A DNA stretch of 32,000 nucleotides from Nonlabens ponticola (GCF_003966335.1 NZ_CP034549.1:960001-992000), one strand, 5' to 3'. Counted from the first letter of the stretch, positions 1 through 9,274 are shown. Program-made: numbers and translations. Notes: generated from the sequence alone by a model not told the origin.

Positions 1-1280
1 GATCTAAGATCTTGTGATTGTTCCTTATCCTTATTGCGTTCCATAAGAATGGTACTTAAACCAATAACTCCATATAATGGAGTTCTCAATTCGTGACTCA
101 CAGTCGAGAAGAAATCGCTTTTGACTTTAGCCAGTTGTTGGGTTTTTTCTTTCTCTTGTAGGTATTGATCGTTTTTTCTTTCTAAGACTTTGATGAATTG
201 CTTTCGTCGTTTAGATACAAAAATGGTAAATATCAAAAAGCCTATTACTAAAGTTATCAGCGCTGCAAGTAGGTAATTGAGTTCAGTTCTATTTTCAATT
301 GTTGCTTGCTGTTCATCTATTGCCAGATTTTCTTGAGCAATTTCCTTCTGCATTTCATCAAAATTGAATTTAGCAGCAAGGCGTTTGCTTACCTCGTCAT
401 TTTTAAATAATTGATTGATTTCAGCTAGGCTGTCGTGTTTAAAAAGGTAGCTATAAGCTTCCTGATATTTCTCTTGTGATTGTAGTGCATTAGCATATTC
501 TTTGTAGGCATTAGCTAGAATCTCGCTGAAGCCATTTCGTCGGGCGATGGCGATGGCATTTTCAAAATAGAGTTGTGCAACTTTGTAATTTCTTGAAGTC
601 ATGTTGCGTTTTGCAAGTATTAGATTGGTACTTGCTCTAAAATCTTCGCTCACATTAGGTGAGGTTAGTAGTTGCCTAAGCGGTTCAATAAGACCATCCG
701 CAATTTCTTTATTTTCTTCAGTAGGCTTGTCCATTAGAGCCTGATAATAATTATAATAGGTATTTTCAAGCCCTAAAGTATCATTGATCTTTTTATTGAT
801 TTTGATGGCATTCTTGTAATAAAAAACACCTTTGTCAAAAGTGCTGTCTGTTAGCGTGAGTAAACTAGCTAGTGAGGTATAAGAATTTGCGAGTGCTGAT
901 GGATCCTTACTTTTTCTCGCATACTCATAAGACTTTAATAAGCTTTCTCTTGCCTTAATGGTATCTTCTAGGACTAGATAATCATACCCTAAATAATTAT
1001 AGGAATAGTGTAGGGTAAGGTCATCACCAGCTTCTTTGGCAAGTTTTATCGTTTTGATATTATTTTTAAAAGACTCGTCAAACTTACCAATGGTGTATAG
1101 GTAATACGATTGATCAAGCATCTCATCAAGCTCAGCTTTACTTACAGTTGTATCTTGCTGTGTACTTACATTATTTACGAACGATACTCCAGCTTTAATG
1201 CTATTAACGCTTGCATAAGTATTACCAAAACATGCTATGAGCGCGAGGCAATAAAAAAGGTTTCTGATTATAGAGTGCAT
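1..1280 (-). CDS. TPR-repeat sensor histidine kinase (partial; C-terminal part lies beyond the window edge)
   Basis: My reverse-strand translation starts at ATG (complement of 1278-1280): MHSIIRNLFYCLALIACFG... (signal or TM segment). It continues through TPR-like repeats, a TM segment (LNYLLAALITLVIGFLIFTIFV), a coiled-coil region and the HisKA H-box FFSTVSHELRTPLYGVIGLS near position 100. It is absent from the ORF track because it runs off the window. Confidence 0.85.
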   Translation of the reverse strand, partial: MHSIIRNLFYCLALIACFGNTYASVNSIKAGVSFVNNVSTQQDTTVSKAELDEMLDQSYYLYTIGKFDESFKNNIKTIKLAKEAGDDLTLHYSYNYLGYDYLVLEDTIKARESLLKSYEYARKSKDPSALANSYTSLASLLTLTDSTFDKGVFYYKNAIKINKKINDTLGLENTYYNYYQALMDKPTEENKEIADGLIEPLRQLLTSPNVSEDFRASTNLILAKRNMTSRNYKVAQLYFENAIAIARRNGFSEILANAYKEYANALQSQEKYQEAYSYLFKHDSLAEINQLFKNDEVSKRLAAKFNFDEMQKEIAQENLAIDEQQATIENRTELNYLLAALITLVIGFLIFTIFVSKRRKQFIKVLERKNDQYLQEKEKTQQLAKVKSDFFSTVSHELRTPLYGVIGLSTILMERNKDKEQSQDLR

Positions 1281-1397
1281 AAATGTCAAGGTAGTAAAGA
1301 GGTATCTACAATGATTTGATCGCAAAATAGAGAGTAAATTGCTGTATTGCTTGATTTTAGACTGTTTCAGCTGTCATTTTACGATGAATTACATAAA

Positions 1398-3470
1398 ATG
1401 ATCCATCACAGTAACTATCTTGAGGCTTTTTTACTTCAAATAGTTCTCTTGAAAACAATCCATTTATTTCTGTTTTGTCTCTTTATTTCAGCTTTGGGAT
1501 GGTCGCAAACAGACTCACTGCAACCTATCGTTATTAAGACTGTGAAAACCGTAGATCTTGATGACTCACTAGAAGATTTGCCGTTCTCGCTTTCGCGAAA
1601 GCGGTACCCCAATAAAAATCTCCAACAACAGCTGTCACTGGATGAGTACCTACAAGGCATTCCAGGACTTTTTGTTCTCAATCGCAATAATTATTCTCAA
1701 GATCTGCGCATATCTATGCGTGGCTTTGGTGCGCGGTCGGCCTTTGGGATAAGAGGCATCAAGATTGTCGTTGATGGAATACCGGAAACCACGCCCGATG
1801 GCCAAGGACAAATTGACAATCTTGCACTAGGGATTATAGACGAGATTACCGTGTTGCGTGGCCCATCATCCTTACTGTATGGGAATGCGGCTGGTGGCGT
1901 GATTGATATACGTACCCAACAGGATTTTGAAAATAACTATGTGCAGGCAGGAATTACCACTGGTAGTTTTAACATGACTAATTATGATGTGCAAGCAGGT
2001 TTTAGAACGGGAAAAGCCAGTACTGTAATCGCTGCCAATCGCATTACGACGGATGGTTATCGAGACCACAGTGGTTTTGAAAGTTATGGTTTCAATGCAA
2101 CCACGCGGTTACCACTAAGCGACACAGATGGAGTAAACTTTCAACTCAATTACACCAATAGTCCATTAGCGCTGGATGCTGGCGGTTTGACTATTGAAGA
2201 AGTAAATCTTGATAGATCCCAAGCCAGAGCACGTAATGTTGAGTTTGACACACAGGAACAGGTACAGCAGATTAAAACGGGAATTAGCTACAAGAAAGAC
2301 TGGCAGGATATTGCTCTTAATTCCTATGCGTTTTATACATATCGTGATTTTAATAACAAGCTACCTTTTGAGAATAGTGGCGCAGTTGAATTATACCGCA
2401 ACTACTATGGTCATGGAACTGATATATCATTTTATAATGAATTAGGTAATTGGAATAACCAATTGCAAGCAGGCTATGCAATCGCTTTGCAGGAAGATCA
2501 GCGTTTGCGATTTGACAATGAGATGGGCGATGTTACAAATCAGGTTTTAGGGCAGCTGGAACAATATCACAACTATGGTTTTTATGTAATTGATAAATTG
2601 CAAAATAACAACTGGACAATTCTTGCTGGATTGCGATATGATATCAATCGCATAGGTGTAGAAGATAGATTTGCAAATGATGGCAGCGGCGATAGCGATT
2701 ACCTCAATGCCTTGAGCGGCAGCCTAGGAGTCAACTATAGCCTGGGAAACATCGATCTATTTGCCAATTTCTCTACCAGTTTTGAGACGCCGGCGTTAAG
2801 TGAATTATCTGCAAATCCAGACGGCAGTGCAGGTTTTAATCTAGATTTAAAACCGCAAACCGCCCAGAATTATGAGATAGGTATCAAGTCATCAATGCAA
2901 AGATTTGATTACAGCGTCGCACTATTTTACATACAATCACAAGATGATCTTGTTCCTTTCCAGATAGAAGAATTTGATGGTAGGACCTTCTACCGCAATG
3001 CTGGTGAGATAGATAGGCAAGGACTTGAGCTGTCTGCCGCATATCAATTGAGTACGTCTTTAGGATTTAGCGCGACATACACGTATAGTGATTTCACGTA
3101 TGAAGATTATGAGATAAATGGTACTGATTTATCAGGAAACAGGCTGCCTGGATTGCCAGAGCATCTCGCGAGTGTAGCGATCAATTACAGCAGGTCAAGA
3201 TTTGCCGCTCAAACGTCAATGGATTATCGTGGTGAATTGTTTGCAAATGATTCTAATGAGACGCTGGTGGATGATGCCTTTATTGCAAATGCCAGTGTCA
3301 ATTATGACTTCACTGTAGGTAATGATAGGTTATCGATTTACGGTGGCCTCAATAATTTTTTAGATCAGGATTATTTTGATAATGTAAGGCTCAACGCCTT
3401 TGGCAATAGGTTCTATGAGCCAGCGCAAGGAATCAATGGTTACCTGGGTGTTCGTTATCGATTTGAGTAG
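1398..3470 (+). CDS. TonB-dependent outer-membrane receptor (metal/siderophore-type)
   Basis: 707-aa track ORF. It has a plug domain (LDEYLQGIPGLFV, ISMRGFG, DGIPETTPDGQG, IDEITVLRGPSSLLYGNAAGGVI), a long beta-barrel and a C-terminal aromatic-rich end (GYLGVRYRFE). The start is uncertain: ATG at 1398, or TTG at 1449 which would give MKTIHLFLFCLFISALGWSQ, a clean signal peptide. The track start at 1347 is a TTG. Confidence 0.9.
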   Translation: MIHHSNYLEAFLLQIVLLKTIHLFLFCLFISALGWSQTDSLQPIVIKTVKTVDLDDSLEDLPFSLSRKRYPNKNLQQQLSLDEYLQGIPGLFVLNRNNYSQDLRISMRGFGARSAFGIRGIKIVVDGIPETTPDGQGQIDNLALGIIDEITVLRGPSSLLYGNAAGGVIDIRTQQDFENNYVQAGITTGSFNMTNYDVQAGFRTGKASTVIAANRITTDGYRDHSGFESYGFNATTRLPLSDTDGVNFQLNYTNSPLALDAGGLTIEEVNLDRSQARARNVEFDTQEQVQQIKTGISYKKDWQDIALNSYAFYTYRDFNNKLPFENSGAVELYRNYYGHGTDISFYNELGNWNNQLQAGYAIALQEDQRLRFDNEMGDVTNQVLGQLEQYHNYGFYVIDKLQNNNWTILAGLRYDINRIGVEDRFANDGSGDSDYLNALSGSLGVNYSLGNIDLFANFSTSFETPALSELSANPDGSAGFNLDLKPQTAQNYEIGIKSSMQRFDYSVALFYIQSQDDLVPFQIEEFDGRTFYRNAGEIDRQGLELSAAYQLSTSLGFSATYTYSDFTYEDYEINGTDLSGNRLPGLPEHLASVAINYSRSRFAAQTSMDYRGELFANDSNETLVDDAFIANASVNYDFTVGNDRLSIYGGLNNFLDQDYFDNVRLNAFGNRFYEPAQGINGYLGVRYRFE
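1588..1603. repeat. Palindromic repeat copy 1 (CGCTTTCGCGAAAGCG), inside the TonB-dependent receptor CDS
   Basis: Exact 16-bp palindrome read directly from the sequence. It is translated in frame as LSRK within PFSLSRKRYP. Confidence 0.95.
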
Positions 3471-3545
3471 GCAATAATTACATGTTTCCTCGATCGCGTT
3501 AACGTTATTTTATATATTACCGTTTTTATCTAACTCGCTCGCTCA

Positions 3546-4133
3546 ATGGATGATTTAATCACCAACTTTCTTTTTGGTTTCTGGCATGTTCTCGATCTAC
3601 AGGCCTATGACCACATACTTTTCATCACACTTCTTGCCATGCCATTTTTATTCAACAGTTGGCGCAAATTGTTGCTGCTGGTCACGGCCTTTACCATAGG
3701 TCATTCCATCTCCTTGTTATTGGTGGTTTATGGCAAGGTCACGTTTGCAACTGCATACATTGAATTTCTCATTCCAGTGACGATAGCTGTGACTGCTTTG
3801 TATAACATTTTTACTGCAGGAAGAAGACATCGCGATAGCACGCCATGGCTCACGGCTATGATTGCCTTGTTTTTTGGTTTGATTCATGGCTTCGGTTTTT
3901 CTAGTGCTTTTAAAATGTTGGCGTCTGGTAGTGATCAAAACACCTTGCTGTTGTTGCTTGAATTTGCTTTGGGTATTGAGGCGGCACAGCTGGTAATCGT
4001 TCTTATCGTTTTGACGATTACATTTATCTTTACGGGTATCTTCCGTTTCAATAAAAAGGAGTGGACACAGATTATTTCGGCAATTATTCTGGGTATTGTG
4101 ATCCCTATGTTGATCGACCGCTGGATCTGGTAG
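3546..4133 (+). CDS. HupE/UreJ family membrane protein (putative Ni/Co-type metal transporter)
   Basis: 195 aa with multiple TM segments. The N-terminal GFWHVLDLQAYDHILFI, the GHSISL motif and GLIHGFGFS are characteristic of HupE/UreJ. It lies 75 bp downstream of the TonB-dependent receptor on the same strand. Confidence 0.8.
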   Translation: MDDLITNFLFGFWHVLDLQAYDHILFITLLAMPFLFNSWRKLLLLVTAFTIGHSISLLLVVYGKVTFATAYIEFLIPVTIAVTALYNIFTAGRRHRDSTPWLTAMIALFFGLIHGFGFSSAFKMLASGSDQNTLLLLLEFALGIEAAQLVIVLIVLTITFIFTGIFRFNKKEWTQIISAIILGIVIPMLIDRWIW

Positions 4134-4146
4134 ATGTGTTTTAATA

Positions 4147-4641
4147 TTGATGGCTGTTACGCTTTCGCGAAAGCAAAATCACCACCATCATAACAACAAT
4201 TATCAAGCATTGAAAAAGGAAAAACAGCTCAAATATGACATCGCCTACTTGAAAATGGCGACGGAATGGGCGCAGCTGTCCTATTGCAAGCGACGTAAGG
4301 TAGGTGCGCTTATCGTGCGCGATCGCATGATTATAAGCGATGGTTATAATGGTACTCCTAGTGGTTTTGAGAACTACTGCGAGGACGATGATGGCTATAC
4401 AAAATGGTATGTCCTGCATGCCGAGGCTAATGCGATACTCAAAGTCGCTGGCTCTACACAATCCTGTGCTGGCGCAACCTTGTATATTACCATGTCGCCA
4501 TGCCAGAACTGTAGCAAGCTCATCCACCAGAGTGGCATTAAACGTGTAGTCTATGTAGAGGCTTACAAGGACGATAGTGGGCTGCAATTTTTGCAAAAAG
4601 CTGGCGTTCAAGTAGATCAAATCGCTAACCTAGATCAATGA
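4147..4641 (+). CDS. Deoxycytidylate (dCMP) deaminase, ComEB/CMP-dCMP deaminase zinc-binding family
   Basis: It has the HAEANAI and PCQNCSKLI zinc-ligand motifs and YNGTPSGFEN. The start is uncertain. The first 21 codons (MMAVTLSRKQNHHHHNNNYQA) are encoded by palindromic repeat copy 2 and its tail. An in-frame TTG at 4210 would give (M)KKEKQLKYDIAYLKMATEW, which looks like a typical N-terminus. Confidence 0.9.
   Translation: MMAVTLSRKQNHHHHNNNYQALKKEKQLKYDIAYLKMATEWAQLSYCKRRKVGALIVRDRMIISDGYNGTPSGFENYCEDDDGYTKWYVLHAEANAILKVAGSTQSCAGATLYITMSPCQNCSKLIHQSGIKRVVYVEAYKDDSGLQFLQKAGVQVDQIANLDQ
4161..4189 (+). repeat. Palindromic repeat copy 2, extended form: GCTTTCGCGAAAGC-N7-CCACCATC
   Basis: Core at 4161-4174, 7-nt spacer aaaatca, then CCACCATC at 4182-4189. 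It lies between HupE/UreJ and the conserved part of the dCMP deaminase. Confidence 0.95.
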
Positions 4642-6218
4642 AAAAACGCTACATCTTTTATCCCTTATTCCTAGGACTTTTTATGGCCGCTGGTATCCTG
4701 CTAGGTCATTATTTGTCTTATAATGGAATGGATAATAGTTTGATGGCGACCACCAGTGTGCAAAAACGTAAACTCAACAGGCTTATCGATATCATCGACC
4801 AGCGATACGTGGATGAGGTCAACACTGATAGCATTGTAGATGTCACAGTAAACGATATTCTAGGAAATCTCGATCCACATAGTGTTTACATACCCAACGA
4901 TCAGGCAGCCGATGCTGCTACAGATTTGCGCGGGAATTTCGTGGGTATCGGTATAAGGTATTTCGTTAATCAGGATACCATTTCAGTACTCTCAACTATT
5001 AAGGATGGACCCAGTCGTGAGGCAGGCATAAAGAGTGGCGACAAGATTCTCTATCTAGACGGGCAACCATTATTTGGAGAAGATAAGCTAAGCACTGATG
5101 CGTTAAAAGGTGAAAAAGGAAGCGAGATCACATTAGGTGTATTGCAACCTGGATTTGATGAGATCATCAATGTTCCTGTAACTCGCGGTAATGTTGCTAT
5201 TGAGAGCATTGACGCTGCCTACATGCTTACCGATAAGTTAGGTTACATAAAGGTCAACCGCTTTGCAGAAACTACTACCGAAGAGTTTGACGTAGCGATT
5301 GAGAAATTAAAAAATGAAGGTGCGAGCGAAATCGCGGTAGATTTAAGAGATAATTCTGGTGGTGTTCTAAGTGCAGCACTTAGCATGGCAGATGAATTCC
5401 TGCGTGAAGATCAATTGATCCTATTTCAAAAGGATCGAGAAAACCAGCGTAAGAACAGTTATGCTTCTAGCGATGGAGATTTTGAAGATAAGCAGGTTTA
5501 TATCTTGATAAACGAGAATAGTGCGAGTGCCAGCGAGATTGTTGCCGGTGCGTTGCAGGATAATGATAAGGGCACCATTATAGGTCGCCGCAGCTTTGGT
5601 AAAGGTCTTGTACAACAGGAAATGCAATTGGGCGATGGTAGTGCGGTGCGCATCACGGTTGCTAGATATTACACGCCTACGGGTCGCAGCATTCAGCGAC
5701 CATATGACACAGGTAACGAGGACTATTATAACGAGTACATTGAGCGTTTTGAAAATGGAGAGATGCAGGATGAAAATAATATTGAGGTAAACGATTCTCT
5801 AAAATTCACCACGCCAGCTGGTAAGGTCGTTTACGGCGGTGGTGGCATTATTCCAGATGTGTTTGTTCCAGCACCTTCAAGTTTTGCAGAACAAACGTTG
5901 GAGTATTTTGCAAGAACAGGTTATGCCGATCGTATCGCTAACGATTTTCTACAAAATGAAGGCAAGGATTTGAGAAAGTTACCAAAAAACGAGTTTATTG
6001 AGAACTATAAGATACCACGCAGTTTGATTGATGAGTTCATGGCAAGTGCTAGAAGAAATCAGCGGTCACTGCGCTTGAATAAATACCGGGATTATCTTGC
6101 ATTATTGCTCAAAGCATCGCTGGCCGAGCAATTATACGGTACTGATGTGAAAATAATGATGCTCAACTCTCAAGACACCATGATTCTTAAACTAAAAGAA
6201 TTGAGCGCAGCAAACTAA
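4638..6218 (+). CDS. S41 family C-terminal processing peptidase (Ctp/Prc-like) with PDZ domain
   Basis: 526 aa with an N-terminal TM anchor and a PDZ-like region (GIGIRY...GPSREAGIKSGDKILYLDG). The catalytic region is NENSASASEIVAGALQD...GRRSFGKGLVQ. Its ATG overlaps the deaminase stop (ATGA at 4638-4641), which suggests translational coupling. Confidence 0.92.
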   Translation: MKKRYIFYPLFLGLFMAAGILLGHYLSYNGMDNSLMATTSVQKRKLNRLIDIIDQRYVDEVNTDSIVDVTVNDILGNLDPHSVYIPNDQAADAATDLRGNFVGIGIRYFVNQDTISVLSTIKDGPSREAGIKSGDKILYLDGQPLFGEDKLSTDALKGEKGSEITLGVLQPGFDEIINVPVTRGNVAIESIDAAYMLTDKLGYIKVNRFAETTTEEFDVAIEKLKNEGASEIAVDLRDNSGGVLSAALSMADEFLREDQLILFQKDRENQRKNSYASSDGDFEDKQVYILINENSASASEIVAGALQDNDKGTIIGRRSFGKGLVQQEMQLGDGSAVRITVARYYTPTGRSIQRPYDTGNEDYYNEYIERFENGEMQDENNIEVNDSLKFTTPAGKVVYGGGGIIPDVFVPAPSSFAEQTLEYFARTGYADRIANDFLQNEGKDLRKLPKNEFIENYKIPRSLIDEFMASARRNQRSLRLNKYRDYLALLLKASLAEQLYGTDVKIMMLNSQDTMILKLKELSAAN

Positions 6219-6412
6219 GATTCCTTACGCTCCTTTATTTTATAGGACATCAATAAAATACTGAGTAGAATAATACCACACAGCGCTGCTATAATGCTTA
6301 TCACAGCAATTTGACTATCACCATATAAGATGTTTGAAAAGTCCAGCTTCAAGGCATTAAAAACAATGCTTGCGACGGCTAGCGCCATCAGAACATAAAC
6401 GAGGTACTTCAT
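6215..6412 (-). CDS. Small hypothetical membrane protein (two predicted TM helices)
   Basis: 65-aa ORF with two hydrophobic stretches. It lies 2 nt downstream of the MarC-family gene on the same strand. I recognise no family. Confidence 0.5.
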   Translation of the reverse strand: MKYLVYVLMALAVASIVFNALKLDFSNILYGDSQIAVISIIAALCGIILLSILLMSYKIKERKES

Positions 6413-6414
6413 AA

Positions 6415-7017
6415 TTAAAAGAGTTCTTTAATGTTAGTCGCAAATAGCTTTACAGCTATCGCCAGCAAGATAACACCGAAGATTTTTCTAACCACATTGA
6501 TCCCTTGTTTTCCTAGGACTTTCTCAATTCGTCCAGAGTTCTTGAGTACTATGTACACAAATAAGATGTTGACCAAAATCGCGATTATGATGTTCACCGC
6601 GGCATATTCTGATCTCAAGGAAAGTACAGAGGTAAGCGTACCGGCACCAGCAATCAAAGGGAAAGCGATAGGAATGATGGCCGCGGTTTCTGGCTGATCA
6701 TCCTTGTATAGTTGTACACCTAGAATCATCTCGAGCGCAATAAAAAAGATGATAAAAGCACCAGCTACTGCAAAGGAGTTGACGTCAATCCCAATAAGCG
6801 ACAGCATGCTCTCACCCACAAACATGAATACAATCATCAATAGTCCAGCAACGACACTAGCTTTTTCACTTTGAATGTGACCTACCTTGCGTCGCAGATC
6901 CACTATTATAGGAATACTGCCCACGATATCAATCACGGCAAAGAGTATCATACTTGCAGTAAAGATCTCTTTGAAATCTATGGCAATAAAAAAGTCAGAA
7001 ATCAGGCTAAAATTCAT
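6415..7017 (-). CDS. MarC family (UPF0056/NAAT) integral membrane protein
   Basis: Polytopic membrane protein with MarC-like segments (LFAVIDIVGSIPII, IPIAFPLIAGAGTLTSV). I prefer the ATG at 7017 (MNFSLISDF...) over the track's TTG at 7041. Confidence 0.85.
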   Translation of the reverse strand: MNFSLISDFFIAIDFKEIFTASMILFAVIDIVGSIPIIVDLRRKVGHIQSEKASVVAGLLMIVFMFVGESMLSLIGIDVNSFAVAGAFIIFFIALEMILGVQLYKDDQPETAAIIPIAFPLIAGAGTLTSVLSLRSEYAAVNIIIAILVNILFVYIVLKNSGRIEKVLGKQGINVVRKIFGVILLAIAVKLFATNIKELF

Positions 7018-7341
7018 ATCACGCTTTTTTTCGGCGTGCAAAAGTACTGCCTTTAAGTAGATTAGAAACCACCTGTAAAAGTTAAGTTATGATTAAATAA
7101 CAGATGCCAGTTAGCGTTAATTAGTTGTCAGTTTCCAGTCACCAGTTTTTACTTGTCAAACTCTCATGTCTCTTTGATCATATTCCACAATTACTTGAAA
7201 AAGAAAGTCAGAATTATGACGTTTTGGGTTTTGTTGATTGATTTGTTGAAGCTGCAACATTTTTTTATTGAATATCATGGTCGAATTATTCTGGCAATTT
7301 TAACTACGAGATAGCTCTCGACTGCGCTCGAGCAAGCATCT

Positions 7342-7438
<97 letters not shown>

Positions 7439-7475
7439 CACCAACTCTCCAACTCACTTACTAAAAACCTACTCG

Positions 7476-7483
7476 TATCTTTG
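7476..7483 (+). promoter_or_regulatory. Candidate Bacteroidota -7 promoter box (TATCTTTG, matches TAnnTTTG)
   Basis: It matches the established Bacteroidetes sigma-A -7 consensus TAnnTTTG and lies 19 nt upstream of the ATG at 7502. I saw no clear -33 TTTG. Confidence 0.3.
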
Positions 7484-7501
7484 CTGTATAATTCACAATT
7501 C

Positions 7502-8074
7502 ATGTTTCAGCTAGGGAAGACGATAGTTTCTGATGATGTTTTAGAAAAAGACTTTGTTTGCAATCTCACTGCCTGCAAAGGTGTTTGTTGTGTTGCTGGT
7601 GAAGCTGGAGCTCCTCTTGATCGCGATGAACTCGATATTCTAGATCGTGAGTACGAGAAAGTTAAGCCATACTTGAGACCTGAAGGAATTGCTGCCATTG
7701 AGCAACAAGGAACATGGATCGAGCGTGAGAATGGCGAGCTAGAAACTCCTCTAGTTGATGGTGCAGAATGTGCATATACGCTATTTAAGGAAGATGGAAC
7801 GGCACTTTGCGGAATTGAAGCAGCCTATCGCGATGGTGCGACTCAATATTACAAACCACTATCCTGCCATTTATATCCAGTAAGATTACAGGAATACACA
7901 GATTTTGTAGCCGTCAACTATCATAAATGGCAAATCTGTGACGACGCCTGTGAGCTAGGTGAAGAATTAGGTGTGCCTGTCTATAAATTTTTAAAAGAGC
8001 CTTTAATTAGAAAATTTGGTCCAACTTGGTATGCAGAGTTGGAAGAGATTGCGGAGATGAAGAATAATAGTTAG
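7502..8074 (+). CDS. DUF3109 family cysteine-cluster protein
   Basis: MFQLGKTIVSDDVLEKDFVCNLTACKGVCCVAGEAGAPL... matches my recollection of the DUF3109 N-terminal CxxxCKGxCC signature. I prefer the ATG at 7502 over the track's TTG at 7481. Confidence 0.8.
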   Translation: MFQLGKTIVSDDVLEKDFVCNLTACKGVCCVAGEAGAPLDRDELDILDREYEKVKPYLRPEGIAAIEQQGTWIERENGELETPLVDGAECAYTLFKEDGTALCGIEAAYRDGATQYYKPLSCHLYPVRLQEYTDFVAVNYHKWQICDDACELGEELGVPVYKFLKEPLIRKFGPTWYAELEEIAEMKNNS

Positions 8075-8146
8075 AAATTGAGTGAAATATTTGATTTCGG
8101 TATTATAGCCGAAGATTAAATTGATCAACTGTTGAACAATCTTTAA

Positions 8147-9070
8147 ATGAGAAAATTCTTTTTGATATTGGCCTTGTGTCCAATCCTCTTTTCCTGTTCG
8201 GATTTCAACGGTAAGAAGAATGGCGAGCCTTTAAGTCAGGTAATTAACTCTTCAAGAACAGATTCTGTAGATTGTAGTGAATTATGGGCGAAGAGATTTT
8301 GGGACGATGAGAAGCGAAATCAATTGATTGACAGTATTATTTCAAGCAACGACTTGACGCCTAACAATTCTATACTTCTTAATAGGCTAAGAGCATCCAA
8401 CAAAAACAATCTAGTATTCAAAAAACCGCTTGCACCTATCTATAGATTATCACCTGATGAACTTGGTATTTTTTCATTTCCTAAGTACAATATGGAAGGA
8501 GATGTGATTATATCTTTTTCGCCTGAAATAAGTTTGATGGACAGCCATGGAATAGATTATCCCTTGAATACAGAGAATTACGGAGTTTTACAGTTTTTCC
8601 CAAGTATCATGGATTCTATGTACAGCCAGCAAGAACGACCGAAACTATTTTATCACACAGATCAAAAAACAGGAGTCTTTTCAATAGAAAATTTAGGAGT
8701 TTATGAGGATGAGTGTTTGACCTACCATCAATATAGCATTGACACAACTAGTATTAGTCTTGAGGATCATTTATTGTTTAGCAGTCCATTCAAAATCGAC
8801 TTGGTTTTTGAGAACAAAAAAGAAGTAGATTATCTATTCAAAACTGACCCTATTAAAAATTGTGCTGACTGCGGTAACAGTTGGCATTTGCAAAAGACAT
8901 TTGCAAGACTTGAAGGCACTGAGAATGTGTTTTTCGTTTACGCCGATACGTTCCCATTAAACAATGAATTGGATACACCTTCACGAGCCCTGATTTATGT
9001 TACCGACTCTGACGAAGTTATTTACTTATGGTATGAAGAGATCGATTTATTTGGTTGTAGTTGTCTGTAG
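8147..9070 (+). CDS. Hypothetical lipoprotein
   Basis: 307-aa ORF with a lipoprotein signal peptide and lipobox (MRKFFLILALCPILFSCSD). I recognise no family. Confidence 0.65.
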   Translation: MRKFFLILALCPILFSCSDFNGKKNGEPLSQVINSSRTDSVDCSELWAKRFWDDEKRNQLIDSIISSNDLTPNNSILLNRLRASNKNNLVFKKPLAPIYRLSPDELGIFSFPKYNMEGDVIISFSPEISLMDSHGIDYPLNTENYGVLQFFPSIMDSMYSQQERPKLFYHTDQKTGVFSIENLGVYEDECLTYHQYSIDTTSISLEDHLLFSSPFKIDLVFENKKEVDYLFKTDPIKNCADCGNSWHLQKTFARLEGTENVFFVYADTFPLNNELDTPSRALIYVTDSDEVIYLWYEEIDLFGCSCL

Positions 9071-9094
9071 GTCATACTGATTTGTGTTGCGTTA

Positions 9095-9198
9095 GGGATT
9101 GCAGTGAAAATCCTTTTCATCGTGCGACAGGCATGATGAAAAGACCTGCCTGCCTGCCGGCAGGTTGTTACGTAAAGCCCAATCCCCAAATTTTTGGG
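9095..9198. other. GC-rich multi-hairpin intergenic element (possible structured RNA or repeat element)
   Basis: The outer stem is GGGATTG (9095-9101) with CAATCCC (9180-9186). Inner hairpin 1 is 9113-9125 with 9131-9143 (13 bp including one G-U). Inner hairpin 2 is ACCTGCC (9144-9150) with GGCAGGT (9159-9165), and contains (CCTG)3 and the palindrome CCTGCCGGCAGG. A further CCCAAA/TTTGGG hairpin lies at 9185-9198. Confidence 0.3.
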
Positions 9199-9274
9199 AA
9201 ACGCCCTAATAATGCCATTTATCAATAACCTTTGCGCTTTAGCCTACTCAATATAGATGTTTCATCAAACCAAT

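Noticed and set aside
1110-1319. 69-aa plus-strand ORF
   Set aside because: It lies antisense to the N-terminal region of the histidine kinase, whose minus-strand reading frame is open from 1280 to the window edge and ends in a clear H-box. It has no recognisable motifs.
4141-4620. 159-aa minus-strand ORF covering the dCMP deaminase locus
   Set aside because: The plus strand encodes the unmistakable HAE / PCxxC zinc-deaminase motifs. The minus-strand product has no recognisable features, so it is a shadow ORF.
6215-6218. Four-nt overlap of the convergent stop codons of the S41 peptidase gene and the small membrane ORF
   Set aside because: It is real in the sequence but merely reflects tight packing. 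It also lowers confidence in the 65-aa ORF rather than indicating a system.
7216-7314. Roughly 32-codon ORF (MTFWVLLIDLLKLQHFF...) in the marC/DUF3109 intergenic region
   Set aside because: It is too short and has no supporting signal that I can evaluate without comparative data.
9022-9225. 67-aa minus-strand ORF
   Set aside because: It overlaps the 3' end of the lipoprotein gene and runs through the GC-rich hairpin element, giving the TTCRQAGRSF peptide from the CCTG repeats. It is most likely an artefact of the structured DNA.
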